From assembly GCA_963832165.1 (NCBI GenBank), contig CAWHTE010000007.1:704001-768000 (forward strand): a stretch of DNA of 64,000 bases, given 5' to 3'. Each line of letters starts with the position of its first letter. Within the stretch, counting starts at the first letter, position 1. This DNA comes from an uncultured delta proteobacterium (GTDB lineage Bacteria > Myxococcota_A > UBA9160 > SMWR01). The notes under the pieces were generated by a model that worked only from the letters and a program-made list of their open reading frames with translations, did not search any database and was not told the DNA's origin. A program made the position numbers and the translations under genes. This document shows positions 21,035 to 31,265 of the stretch, one piece after another.

Positions 21035-23990
21035 TTAACGCGCGGTGAGCAGCCGGCGCTCCGAAGCACGCACGCGAGCCGTCATGATCCGGAGCAGCTC
21101 CAGCCCGATCTCGGGCATCTGGAGCAGGAGGGCCTTCAGGTTCGCGCCATCCACTGCGAGCAGCCGCGTCGGCTCGCAGGCGACCACGGTGGCGCTGCGC
21201 GGTGCGTCGTCGAGGATCGCCATTTCCCCGAAATAGCCGCCCGCCGTCATCGTCGAGAGCTGGCGCGCGTCGGAGCCGCCATAGTCGAGCCAGGCCTCGG
21301 CGCTGCCCTCGAGCAGCAGATAGAGCTCTCCGCCCGGGTCTCCTTCGCGCACGATCACTTCTCCGGCCAGGAACGTGGCGTCGCGCGCGAGGCGCAGCAC
21401 GGCATCGAGCTGATCGAGGTTCAGGTTCTCGAACAGCGGCACACGCTTGAGGGCGAGCAGGCGCTCCATGACGTCGGCCCCGGGAGGCGGAGTTTCGCCC
21501 ACGTGCGGCTCGCGCGCCGCCAGGGCCATCTGAACCCAGCGGTCCTCGGATAGGCGCGCATCGGCGAGGAAGGCCTCGCGGCTCGCGGGCAGCTCCACGG
21601 ACGCGCCGATCGCGGTGATCCGCTCCTCGATCAGACCCGGCTCGTGCATGAGCACGAGCAATCGCGCAGCGGCGCGATCGCCGAGGTTCGAGAGCACTTC
21701 GAGTGCGTCGCCGCGCGAGCGCGACCCGCCGAAGCGCAGCGCACGCTCCACCCGTCGCACCACGCGCGGGCTCTCGATCAGCTCGAGCGCGCGAAACGCA
21801 ATCCGGCGCTGGAGCACGAACTCGTCCGCGACGGCGACGTGCAGGAAGCGCGCATCGATCTCGCCCTCGTTCGGGAGCAGCTCCAGGGCCGCGAGCGCCT
21901 GCCAGGCGAGCTCGGCGCGCCGGCGCAGCTCCGCGAACAGGAGGCGTCTGCGGTGCGGGTGATCGCCTGCGGCGACCGCTTCGAGTGCAGCGCCCGCGGT
22001 CGCCTCGCTCGCGTCGCGGAGGTAGGGCAGTGCGGCCTCGACACCCGCGGCGCCGGCCGCGGAGAGCGCCTCTGCGGCGCAGACGCGCACCGCGGCCACG
22101 GGATCGCTCAGCGCGCGCGCGATGCGCTCGCTCTCTACGCTCCCGAGGCCGCGCACGCCGCGCAGCGCCGCGCTCCGCACGCGCGCATCGTCGGATTCGA
22201 GCGCGCGCGCGATCGCGTCGGCCGGCACGCGGTCGGATGACACTGCAGCGAGTCGCTCGAGGGCGCGCGATCTGCGCGTCTGGATCCGGGCTCGCGAGCA
22301 TCGGCACGAGCAGCTCCGACGCCGACGGCCAGCGTGCGGCGGCCGCCGCGCGCACGCGCGGGTCGGGATCGCGAAGCAGCGGCTCGAAATCGGCGAGCGC
22401 GGTGCCCGGCAGCGCCTCGATCACCGCGAGCCGCACTCCTGCGTCGGGATCGGCGAGCGCGGCGCGCAGCGCGGCGTCCGTTCCGCTGGATCCTGCGATG
22501 GCGCGCGCGCAGGCTGCGCGCACGCTCGCGACCGGATGCGCGAGCCCGCGTACGAGCGGATCGGTGACACCGCGCTGGCCGAGGCTCGCGATCAGCTGGA
22601 GCAGCGAACGCGACGGGCGCGCGGACTCCGCGCGCAAGAGCTCGTCGCACAGATCGGAGAGCCGTTCGGCCTCCCAGGCGCCGATCTCGTCGTCGAGATC
22701 GCCGAGGTCGAGGCGGCCGGTGCGAATGCCCTCGATCAGCGTATCGAGGTAGGCGCGGCCCGCACCGAGATTGGCCACGAAATAGGCGAGCGCGGCTCCA
22801 CCGCCGAGCAGCGCGAGCATTCTCAAGTCCGGCGTTTCGAGCGCGAGCAGCAGAAATCCCGCGCCACTCATCCCGCCGAAGATGACGACGCCTTCCAGAA
22901 ACGCGCGAATCCGGCCCCGGAAGCGCGTCGGCAACGCGTTGAAGATCAGCGTGCGCGCGGGCTGCGCTACGGCGTTCTCGACCATCTCGCGATTGGCGCG
23001 CGCCGCGATCGCGGTGTCGAGCCGGGCCGACGCGAACAGCGCGCCAAAGCTCGCGACCGTGAGCGCGGGGTGCACCACGTGCGAGCCCGCGACACCGAAG
23101 CGGCGGATCAGCCACGGCGTGACCCAGAGCTCGAGCGCGAGCTCGACGAGGTTCGAGAGCGCGAGGAAGGTGCCAATGAACACCGCGAGTGACGTCGGGT
23201 CCGGATGGCTGCGCACGAATATGTCCAGATAGATGTACTGCGCCACGAACTGCGCGAACACCATCCCGAAGGCCGACACCACGAGCCAACGCCCGAGCCG
23301 CGAGCTGCGCACGTAGCGCACCGCTGCGGCGATGCTGGCGACGCTGGTCTCGTCGGCTTCTTCACCGCCGAGCGGGCCCCAGCGGCGCAACGGCCGCCGG
23401 GCGAGCACCAGCAGCGCGGCCGATGCGCACAAGAGCACCCCCCACACGGTGATCGTCGCGAGCGGTCCCAGCGCGCCCGCGGTGAACGCGCCGATCAGAC
23501 CGCCGAGCAGCCCGCCCACGCTCGACCCGATCGTGAATACGGGCACGAGCCGCTTGCTCGTCAGCGTGTCGAAGTAGTCGCCTGCGAAGGTCCAGAAGTG
23601 GTTCACGAGCACGGAGTTAGTCAGGTAGTAGGCCGCGATCAGCGCGAACAGCACGCTCGAGCCCGGCACGGGCACGACGATCGGCAGCGCGATCAGCACC
23701 ACCCCCGCGCCCACCAACATCTGCGAGAACAGCGAGTCGTTGCGCAGCTGGCCGACCACCGCCGCGTAGATCCCCGAGCCGATCATCGCGGCGATCGCCG
23801 CGATCACGAACGCGAGCGGCAGGAGCGGGGCTCCGAGCTCGGTGAGGAAGAGCGCTTCGGAGCCGGCGAGGCCGATCGTCTGCGCGGCGGTCACGAGGGT
23901 GAGCACTCCCGTGAAGAACACCGCGCGCGCGCGCTCGGTGCGGCGGACGGCCGGCAGAATGCGCCAGAAGTGCTCGAACGCGCGCAGCAT
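21035..23990 (-). CDS. NTT/MFS-like transporter domain + HEAT repeats + cyclic-nucleotide-binding domain (~984 aa); +1 insertion at ~22266
   Basis: About 12 TM N-terminus (FWTFAGDYFDTLTSKRLVPVFTIGSSVGG; RGRIRAFLEG), HEAT repeats (LADPDAGVRLA, LRDPDPRVRAAA, LSDPVAAVR) and cNMP domain (LKRVPLF..REGDPG..YFGEMAILDDAPRSATV). Confidence 0.82.
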
Positions 23991-24036
23991 TGGCGGCACA
24001 GGATAGGGTGCCGGAACGAGCGGGCACGCGCGGTGC

Positions 24037-24064
24037 TCAGGCGGGGGCGGCGCCGCGTCGATGT
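24037..24064 (+). promoter_or_regulatory. sigma28/FliA-like promoter candidate upstream of the pilin gene
   Basis: TCAGG-N15-GTCGATGT, with the same spacing as the site at 15234. Confidence 0.3.
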
Positions 24065-24105
24065 TCGGAAGGAGGCGCCGGTCCGACGGCGCCGGGGAGT
24101 CCGGT

Positions 24106-24678
24106 TTGTCCACCGTCGCTCGCCGCCGCAACGGCTTCACGATGATCGAGCTCATGATCGTCGTGGGCATCATCGGCGTGCTGGCAGCCGTCGCGATCCC
24201 CACCTTCCTCCGCTACCAGCTGCGCACGCGCGCCACCGAGACGCTCACCCACCTCAAGGGGATCGCGACCACCGAGGACGCCTACTACGCCGAGCACGGG
24301 ACCTATGTGAGCGTGCCGAACCCCGTGCCGGCGGTGCTGCCGGGCACGTCGCGCGTGCCGTGGCCCACCAACACGCAGTTCAACGTGATCGGCTGGGCGC
24401 CCGAGGGCGGTGTCGTCTTCCAGTACCGCGTCGGCGCGGACGATCCGATGGGCACCGGCGCGCTCACGCGCTTCACGGCCGAGACGACCGCGGATCTCGA
24501 CGTCGACGGCGTGCAGAGCTTCTACGCGCTGATCCGACCGATGGCGGGCGTCGGCGGTCTCCCGGGCGCGCTGCCCGGCACCACCTGCGTCGCATCGGGA
24601 GTCTTTGGCGCGGGTGGGCAGAACGTGCTCGACGTGCCGGGACCCTGCGACTCCGCATCGGGGCGCAGCAAATTCTAG
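24106..24678 (+). CDS. Type IVa pilin (PilA-like)
   Basis: Class III signal RRRNG|FTMIELMIVVGIIGVLAAVAIP and a C-terminal Cys pair. TTG start at 24106 with GGGGAG RBS; alternative ATG at 24061. Confidence 0.88.
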   Translation: MSTVARRRNGFTMIELMIVVGIIGVLAAVAIPTFLRYQLRTRATETLTHLKGIATTEDAYYAEHGTYVSVPNPVPAVLPGTSRVPWPTNTQFNVIGWAPEGGVVFQYRVGADDPMGTGALTRFTAETTADLDVDGVQSFYALIRPMAGVGGLPGALPGTTCVASGVFGAGGQNVLDVPGPCDSASGRSKF

Positions 24679-24681
24679 GCG

Positions 24682-25687
24682 CTAGCGCCCCAGCTCGCGC
24701 GCGACCTCCGCCCACGGCTCGGGATCGCGCGACCAGTGCGCGAGCAGGCTCACGCGATCCGCGAGATCGCCGCAGCGCTCGCGCACGCGCGCGGCCACGC
24801 GATCCATCGGCGCGCAGATCGCCACCGCTTCGAGCAGCTCGTCGCTGATCAGGCCCGTCATCTCGGCCCACTGGCCGCGCTTCGAGAGCGCGTTCAGCTC
24901 GGGCTGGAGATCGCCCAGGCCGTGGGCATCGAGCACGACGCGATAGGCGGGCGTCGAGGCGTAGAACGCGATCTGACCCTTGGTGAGGTTGCGGGTGCGC
25001 TCGGTCTCTTCGTCGTTCGCGCCGCTCGCCACCATGATCTGGAACGAGAGCTTCACGTCCTTGCGCGCGCGACCCGCGGCGGCGATGCCGCGCTCGATCG
25101 CGGGTAGCGTCACCTCGGCCACCGACTTCGCGGTGTTGAACGGGTGCACGAAGAAGCCGTCGGCGACCTCGCCCGCCACCTCGGTCATGCGCGGTCCGAC
25201 GCCCGCGATGAAGATCGGCGGGTTTCCGTACGGGTTCGCGCCCGGGTTGAACGCCGGGATCATCAGCGTGTGCTGATAGAACTCGCCGCGGAAATCGAGC
25301 CGGCCGCCCTCGGCCCAGCAGCGCCAGATCTCGCGGATCGCGAGCACCATCTCGCGCATGCGCGCGGCCGGGGCGCGACCACGGCATCGAGAAGCGCTTC
25401 TCGATGTGCGGGCGGATCTGCGTGCCGAGCCCGAGCAGGAAGCGGCCCTTCGAAAGCGCCTGCAGATCCCAGCCGATGTTCGCGAGCAGCATCGGGTTGC
25501 GCGCGAACGCGATCGCGATCGCGGTGTAGAGCTCGATGCGCTCGGTAGTCTGGGAGGCGAGCACGAGCGGGAAGAAGGGATCGTGCGGGCCTTCGAAGGT
25601 GAAGCCGCCGTCGTAGCCGAGCTGCTCGAGGCGACGCGCGGCCTCGCCGGGCGCGCTCGCATCCATGATCGCGGCATCGACCTTCAT
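24682..25687 (-). CDS. LLM-class oxidoreductase, probably F420-dependent (TIGR03617-like); +1 insertion at ~25370
   Basis: EGPHDPF, AIAFARNP, LGLGTQIRPHIEKRFSMPWSRP | AARMRE, FYQHTLM, ADGFFVHPF and IAFYASTPAY. Confidence 0.85.
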
Positions 25688-25740
25688 GATTCCTCCGAGT
25701 TGGAACACTATAGACTTCCCGGATCGAACAAGGAGAAGCC

Positions 25741-26553
25741 ATGCCCGAGACTCCCGCCGTCCGCGTCGAGCGCGACGGACCCGTGACCACCGTGATCCTC
25801 TGCCGCCCGGACGTGCGCAACGCCGTCGACGGACCAACCGCGGCCGCGCTCGCCGACGCGTTCCTCGCGTTCGAGCGCGATCCCGATGCGCACGTGGCGG
25901 TGTTCTTCGGCGATCACGGCACGTTCTGCGCGGGCGCGGATCTCAAGGCGATCAGCCAGATGCGCGGCAATCGCGTCGACGAGCCCGTCACGGGAAAGGA
26001 CTGGAATCCGCTCGGTGTCGACGGTCCGATGGGCCCTTCGCGCATGCTGCTCTCGAAGCCCGTGATCGCGGCGGTGGCGGGCTATGCGGTGGCGGGCGGG
26101 CTCGAGCTCTCGCTCTGGTGCGATCTGCGCGTCGTCGAGGAGGACGCGGTATTCGGCGTGTTCTGCCGCCGTTGGGGCGTACCGCTCATGGACGGCGGTA
26201 CCGTGCGTCTGCCGCGCATCGTCGGACACGGCCGCGCGCTCGACCTGATCCTCACGGGCCGCCCGGTGCGCGCCGACGAGGCGCTCGCAATCGGCCTCGC
26301 GAACCGCGTCGTTCCGCGCGGTGCCGCGCGCCGCGAAGCGGAGGCGCTCGCGCGCGAGCTGTGCCGGTTCCCGCAGGTCTGCATGCGCGCCGACCGCCGC
26401 TCCGCCTACGAGCAGTGGGACCAGTCGCTCGACGCCGCGCTGCACACCGAATGGAGGATCGGCATGGAGGCGGTCCGCGCCGGCGAGACGTTCAAGGGTG
26501 CGTCGCGCTTCGCGTCGGGACACGGCCGCAGCGGCAGCTTCGACGATCTCTGA
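25741..26553 (+). CDS. Enoyl-CoA hydratase/crotonase family protein
   Basis: FCAGADL, GPMGPSR, AVAGGLELSLWCDLR and CRRWGVPLMDGGT; AAGGAG RBS. Confidence 0.92.
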   Translation: MPETPAVRVERDGPVTTVILCRPDVRNAVDGPTAAALADAFLAFERDPDAHVAVFFGDHGTFCAGADLKAISQMRGNRVDEPVTGKDWNPLGVDGPMGPSRMLLSKPVIAAVAGYAVAGGLELSLWCDLRVVEEDAVFGVFCRRWGVPLMDGGTVRLPRIVGHGRALDLILTGRPVRADEALAIGLANRVVPRGAARREAEALARELCRFPQVCMRADRRSAYEQWDQSLDAALHTEWRIGMEAVRAGETFKGASRFASGHGRSGSFDDL

Positions 26554-26567
26554 GACTTGCGCCTGCG

Positions 26568-27221
26568 ATGATCCGCGCACTCGTCTTCGATCTCGACGGC
26601 TTGATCCTCGACACCGAGTCGGTGGTCTACGCGTCGTGGCAGAGCGCCTACCAGGTGCACGGCGTTCCGCTGCCGCTCGACCTGTGGCTGCGCGCGATCG
26701 GCAGCGACGCAACCCACTTCGAGCCGCTCTCCTATCTGCTCGAACGCCGGCCCGGCCTCGACGTCGAGGAGCTGCACGCTCAGCGCCGCGTCGTGCGCGA
26801 TCGCCTGCTCGCCGACCTCGCGCCGTGCGCGGGGGTTCCGGAGCGGATCGCCGAGGCGCGTGCGCGCGGCCTCCGGCTCGCGGTGGCGTCGAGCTCGGAG
26901 CGCGCATGGGTCGAGGGACACCTCACGCGCCTCGGGCTGCGCGAGCACTTCTCCGCGATCCGCTGCCGCGAGGACGTGTCGCGCGTAAAGCCGGACCCGA
27001 CGCTCTACCGCTCGGCACTCGCTGCGATCGGCGTCCCGCCCGAACACGCGGTGGCGTTCGAGGACTCGCCGAACGGTGTGGCCGCCGCCGTCGCAGCGGG
27101 CATGCGCTGCGTGGCGATCCCGGGTCCGATGACGCGCAGCCTGCGCTTCGACGCTGCGCACCTCGAGCTCTCGTCGCTCGCCGAGCTCCCGCTCGACGAG
27201 ATCCTCGCGCGCGTCGCCTAA
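26568..27221 (+). CDS. HAD-family hydrolase (beta-PGM/CbbY-like)
   Basis: FDLDGLILDTE, VASSS, KPDP and FEDSPNG. Confidence 0.92.
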   Translation: MIRALVFDLDGLILDTESVVYASWQSAYQVHGVPLPLDLWLRAIGSDATHFEPLSYLLERRPGLDVEELHAQRRVVRDRLLADLAPCAGVPERIAEARARGLRLAVASSSERAWVEGHLTRLGLREHFSAIRCREDVSRVKPDPTLYRSALAAIGVPPEHAVAFEDSPNGVAAAVAAGMRCVAIPGPMTRSLRFDAAHLELSSLAELPLDEILARVA

Positions 27222-28114
27222 TTCTCTTCCGTTTGGCGGTCCAAAAACTTCTTGAGCTGGCGATCGCGGTGGCTCGCTGCGCTGAAGTACTTGATGTAGG
27301 GCTCCCAGCGCGGAGGGCGCGCCGCTTCCGGCCGATCGCCCATCACCGTCACGCGCTGAATCACGCGCTCGCCCTCGAAATCGTTCAGCACGTGGTGCTG
27401 CGTGCAGCGGTTGTCCCACATCGCGATCGTGCCGGGAGTCCAGTGATATCGGACCGTGAAGCGCGGGCTCTGGATCCAGCGCACGAGGAAGGAGAGCAGC
27501 GCCTCGCTCTCCTGATGCGACAGCTCGACGATCCGGCGCGTGAAGTGCTCGTTCACGAACAGCGACTTCTTCTTCGTCACCGGATGCACGCGAACGACCG
27601 GGTGGATCGCCATCTGCTCGACGTTGCCGTGCGGGTGCGCGTCGTGCAGCGCCGAGAGCCCCTCGCAGAAGTCCTTCATCGCGGGCGACAGCTCGTCGTA
27701 GGCCTTGTAAGCGTTCGCCCACATCGTGTCGCCGCCCACGGTCGGGCACTTCACCATGTGCAGGATCGAGAGCAGCGAAGGCTCGGCCTGGCAGGTGAGG
27801 TCGCTGTGCCACTCGTCGGCGATCGCGCCGGCTCCCGAGTTGGCGCGCAGCTCGAAGAACTCCGGGCGCTCGCCGCCCAGCGCGAGGTTCGGGTGCGGCT
27901 CGAGCTTGCCGAACAGGCGTCCGAAGGCGATGTGCTCGTCGGGTGATAGGCGCTGATTCGGGAAGAACAGCACCTGGTGATCCATCAGGAGCGATCGGAT
28001 CACGTCGGCGTCGGCCGGGCCGGCTTTCGCGAGCGCGATGCCGTGGATCTCGGCTCCGAGCGAGCCCGAGAGGCGGGTGACGTCGAGCTGCGGTGCGGGG
28101 CTGGCGAGGGCCAT
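27218..28114 (-). CDS. TauD/TfdA Fe(II)/alpha-ketoglutarate dioxygenase
   Basis: WHSDLT, GGDTMW, HPVVRVHP and WDNRCTQH..R; GAGGAGG RBS. Confidence 0.92.
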   Translation of the reverse strand: MALASPAPQLDVTRLSGSLGAEIHGIALAKAGPADADVIRSLLMDHQVLFFPNQRLSPDEHIAFGRLFGKLEPHPNLALGGERPEFFELRANSGAGAIADEWHSDLTCQAEPSLLSILHMVKCPTVGGDTMWANAYKAYDELSPAMKDFCEGLSALHDAHPHGNVEQMAIHPVVRVHPVTKKKSLFVNEHFTRRIVELSHQESEALLSFLVRWIQSPRFTVRYHWTPGTIAMWDNRCTQHHVLNDFEGERVIQRVTVMGDRPEAARPPRWEPYIKYFSAASHRDRQLKKFLDRQTEEN

Positions 28115-28146
28115 CACGTCCTCCTCACGCGGTTACGCGCAGCATA

Positions 28147-29076
28147 TCAGGCTGCCCGCACCCGAGGGCAGAGGAAGCGCAGCGCAGGGCCGGTGCGGAT
28201 CGCGAGCCGGCGTGCCGGGGGGAAGAGCTCCGCGTCGATGCTCCACGCGAGCGGCGCGGCGAGGCGCAGCTCGGCCTGGCGGCACGGGAAATGCGCGAGC
28301 GATCCGCCGCGCGACCCCGCGCGCAGCGCGGGCAGCTCGAGCGCCAGACGCGCCGCGCTCGCCCCCGTGGTCGCGAAATGGATCCGCTCGGGATCGCTGC
28401 CCGCGCTGTAGAACGGAGCGAAGCCGAGCCCGATGTGGCGCACCGCGGCGGCGGCGATCACCGTGAAGTGTCGCTGCTCGATCCGCTTCCCGTCCACCTC
28501 GAGATCGGCCTCGAACGGCGCGAACGTGCGGTGCGCGAGCGGACCGCGCAGCAGCGCCGAGGTGCACAGCCGCCCGACCACGGAGAGCGCACCGGCGGGG
28601 CCCATCGCCCCGCCGTAGTAGAGCTCGAGAAAGCGCACGCCCACACCGTTGACGAACAGGAATCCGAGCACGGGCGCATCGCTGTCGGCGGTGACGCTCA
28701 CCACCGCGCGGCGGTGCTCGCAGAGATCGCCGCGGAGCAGCTGCGCGAGCGTGTGGTCGGGTGCGCCGCGCGCGCCCAGCGAGCTCGCAATCGTGTTCAC
28801 GGTGCCGCCGCGCGTCGGGACGATCGCGGGCAGCGCGGCCGGATCGCGGCGGTGCAAGAGGTGCGTGAGCGTGTGCGGAAGCGTTCCATCGCCACCCACG
28901 AGCACGAGCGCGTCGATGTCCTGTTCGAGCAGCGACGCGAGCGCGGGCTCGATCTCGTCGACGTGGGCCGTGAGCGCGGTGCGCTCGCGCGATGCGAGGT
29001 CCTGTAGACGCTCCACGAGGCCCGGATCGCGCCGCACGCTGCGTGCGTTCGCGTTGATCAGCACCCCCGCGCGCAT
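28147..29076 (-). CDS. Diacylglycerol/lipid kinase family protein
   Basis: LINANA, GGDGT, GGTVNTIA and IDAE(L). Confidence 0.8.
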   Translation of the reverse strand: MRAGVLINANARSVRRDPGLVERLQDLASRERTALTAHVDEIEPALASLLEQDIDALVLVGGDGTLPHTLTHLLHRRDPAALPAIVPTRGGTVNTIASSLGARGAPDHTLAQLLRGDLCEHRRAVVSVTADSDAPVLGFLFVNGVGVRFLELYYGGAMGPAGALSVVGRLCTSALLRGPLAHRTFAPFEADLEVDGKRIEQRHFTVIAAAAVRHIGLGFAPFYSAGSDPERIHFATTGASAARLALELPALRAGSRGGSLAHFPCRQAELRLAAPLAWSIDAELFPPARRLAIRTGPALRFLCPRVRAA

Positions 29077-29113
29077 CGTCACGAAGGCTGACTCTATGGC
29101 TACTCTGGGCGCA

Positions 29114-29899
29114 ATGCCGCCCCAACCCAGCTCGGTCGCGACCTACCGGCGACGGATCGGTGCGTCGCTCGATCGCGTCTGGGAGAACGTGCGCGACTGG
29201 GAGCACCTGCCCTGGCTGCACCGCGAGAGCTTCGCATCGGTCGCGCTCGAGCAAGCGGACGCAACGGGCTGGCGCGCGCGGATCGGGCTGCGGGCGCCCG
29301 GCGGCGCGGCGATCCGGCTCGAGCTCGTCGCGAGCGACGACCGCCGCTATGTGTCGCGCACGCTCACGGGGCCCGGTGCGGGCAGCGAGATCTGGACCCG
29401 GCTCGATCCGATCGACGCGCATCACACCGACATCGAGGTGGAGTTCCTGGTGCCCGGCGTCCCTGCGGACCGCCGCGATGCGCTGGGCGCCTCCTACATC
29501 GCGCTCTACACGCTCTTGTGGGATCAGGACGAGGCGATGATGCAGCGCCGCAGCTGGCTGCTCGATACACCGCGCGCCGTGCGCGCCGCGCGCGAGCCGG
29601 TCGACCTCGGCCCCGCCGCGGAGCTCGACGCGCGCCTGCCGCTGCGCGCCGTGTTCGGCGGGCGGTCCGTCGTGGTCGCGCGCTGCGGCGACGAGCTGCT
29701 CGCCTACGACGCGCTGTGTCCGCACGCACTCGGCCCGATCGACGAGGCTCCGCTCGTGGACGGACGCGTCGAGTGCCCGTGGCACGGCAAGACGTTCGAC
29801 GTGCGCACGGGCCGGGGCTGCGGCGCCGACCATCGCCTGCGGCTGGCCCCGGCGCCGCGCGTCGAGGTCGTGGGCGGACGGGTGCGGCTGGTCGGCTAG
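29114..29899 (+). CDS. Rieske non-heme iron oxygenase-like protein with catalytic domain first and Rieske domain last
   Basis: N-terminal WENVRDWEHLPWLH and LWDQDEAMM; C-terminal CPH-x16-CPWHG. Alternative ATG at 29096. Confidence 0.8.
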   Translation: MPPQPSSVATYRRRIGASLDRVWENVRDWEHLPWLHRESFASVALEQADATGWRARIGLRAPGGAAIRLELVASDDRRYVSRTLTGPGAGSEIWTRLDPIDAHHTDIEVEFLVPGVPADRRDALGASYIALYTLLWDQDEAMMQRRSWLLDTPRAVRAAREPVDLGPAAELDARLPLRAVFGGRSVVVARCGDELLAYDALCPHALGPIDEAPLVDGRVECPWHGKTFDVRTGRGCGADHRLRLAPAPRVEVVGGRVRLVG

Positions 29900-31185
29900 C
29901 GCTTCGCAAGAGCGAGCTCCGCGCGCGCGTCCGGGTGGGCGATCGCGATCAGGGCTTCGCGGCGCGCGTCGTTGGTGAGCCCGGCCAGCTCCGCGGCGCC
30001 GTACTCGGTGATCACGACGTCCACCTGATGGCGAGGCGTGGTCACGCAGACTCCGGGTCCGAACGCGGGCACGATGCGCGAGACCGGTCCCGCGCTTCCC
30101 TTCGCCTGCGACGGCAGGCAGATCAGCGACCGGCCTCCTTCCGAGAACGCGGCGCCCGCGACGAACTCCTCGTGACCGCCAATGCCCGAATACTGTCGGC
30201 CCCCGATCTGGTCGGCGACCACCTGCCCCACCAGATCGACCGACAGCGCGCTGTTGATCGACACGAGCGAGCGATTGCGCGCGATGATCGCGGGGTCGTT
30301 CACGGCGTCGACGGGCAAGAAGCGCACGAGCTCGCGGCCCTCGCCGTCGAGCCAGTCGTAGAGCTCGCGCGTGCCCATCGCGAACGTGCACACCGACACG
30401 CCGTCGTGCAGTCCCTTGCGCCGGTTCGTCACCTTGCCGGCGCGGTGCAGCTTCATGAGACCCGTGGTGAACATCTCGGAATGAACGCCGTAGTCGCCGC
30501 CGCTGCGCTCGGCGAGGACCTGCGCGACCGCGCTGGCGATGCCTCCGATCCCCGTCTGCAGCGTTGCGCCGTCGGCGATGAACGCGGCGGCGTGCTCGGC
30601 GATCGCGCGCTCGACGTCGGAGGGAGCCGGGTCGGGCAGCGCGAGCGGCTCGCGTTCGGAATGGATCAACGCGTCGATGTCGCGCACGTGGATCGCGTGG
30701 GGGTGATCGGGCGGCAGGCCCTGGGTGCGCGGCAGGCGCGGATTGACCTCGACGATCAACACGCGATTCGGATCGCGCCCGCAGCGCAAAAGCTCGTCGA
30801 CCGTCGCACCCGCGTGTAGCGCGAGCGAGCAGAAGCCGTCGCGGTCGGGCGGGGTGGCGCAGGTCGCCATCACGCGCGGCGCCATCCGCTTTGCGATGCG
30901 CGCGAAGCGCCGGAAGTCGGCCGGCACGAAGCGCACCGCGTGGCCCGCGTCGCGCAGCGCGCGCTCGACCGGTCCGTAGAAGCCCGACCGGAGCTCGACA
31001 CCGGGGCGTGTGAACAGCGCGAACGCGTCGACGAGCAGGGCCGCAAACACCTCGAGCCGCTCGAAGCGCTCGCGCGCGCCGAGCGCGTGCATGAGCTCCA
31101 CGGGCTGCCCGGGTCCGAGCGGAACCACGAGCGTGTCGCGGTCCCGGATCAGCCGGCTGGCCGCCTCCGGTGTCAGTTCATTCAT
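29896..31185 (-). CDS. Acetyl-CoA hydrolase/4-hydroxybutyrate CoA-transferase family protein
   Basis: GATLQTGIG, GVHSEMF, SINSALSVDLVGQV, SGIGGHEEF and ITEYGAA..IAHP. Confidence 0.9.
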   Translation of the reverse strand: MNELTPEAASRLIRDRDTLVVPLGPGQPVELMHALGARERFERLEVFAALLVDAFALFTRPGVELRSGFYGPVERALRDAGHAVRFVPADFRRFARIAKRMAPRVMATCATPPDRDGFCSLALHAGATVDELLRCGRDPNRVLIVEVNPRLPRTQGLPPDHPHAIHVRDIDALIHSEREPLALPDPAPSDVERAIAEHAAAFIADGATLQTGIGGIASAVAQVLAERSGGDYGVHSEMFTTGLMKLHRAGKVTNRRKGLHDGVSVCTFAMGTRELYDWLDGEGRELVRFLPVDAVNDPAIIARNRSLVSINSALSVDLVGQVVADQIGGRQYSGIGGHEEFVAGAAFSEGGRSLICLPSQAKGSAGPVSRIVPAFGPGVCVTTPRHQVDVVITEYGAAELAGLTNDARREALIAIAHPDARAELALAKR

Positions 31186-31215
31186 GGGTTCCTCCGCGGC
31201 CGGGAGCGTAAGCCC

Positions 31216-31265
31216 TTGACAGCGCTGGGTCCGCTGGGATATCTAGAACCAGAATTATGGTTCTA
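31216..31265 (+). promoter_or_regulatory. Promoter (-35 TTGACA) and TetR operator TAGAACCA-N6-TGGTTCTA
   Basis: TTGACA at 31216-31221; perfect 8-bp inverted repeat at 31244-31265 overlapping the ATG at 31257. Confidence 0.7.

Noticed and set aside
20487..24203. 1238-aa transporter-SRPBCC fusion
   Set aside because: The middle is Arg-rich off-frame text after the ~22266 insertion. The true C-terminus is the cNMP domain ending at 21035.
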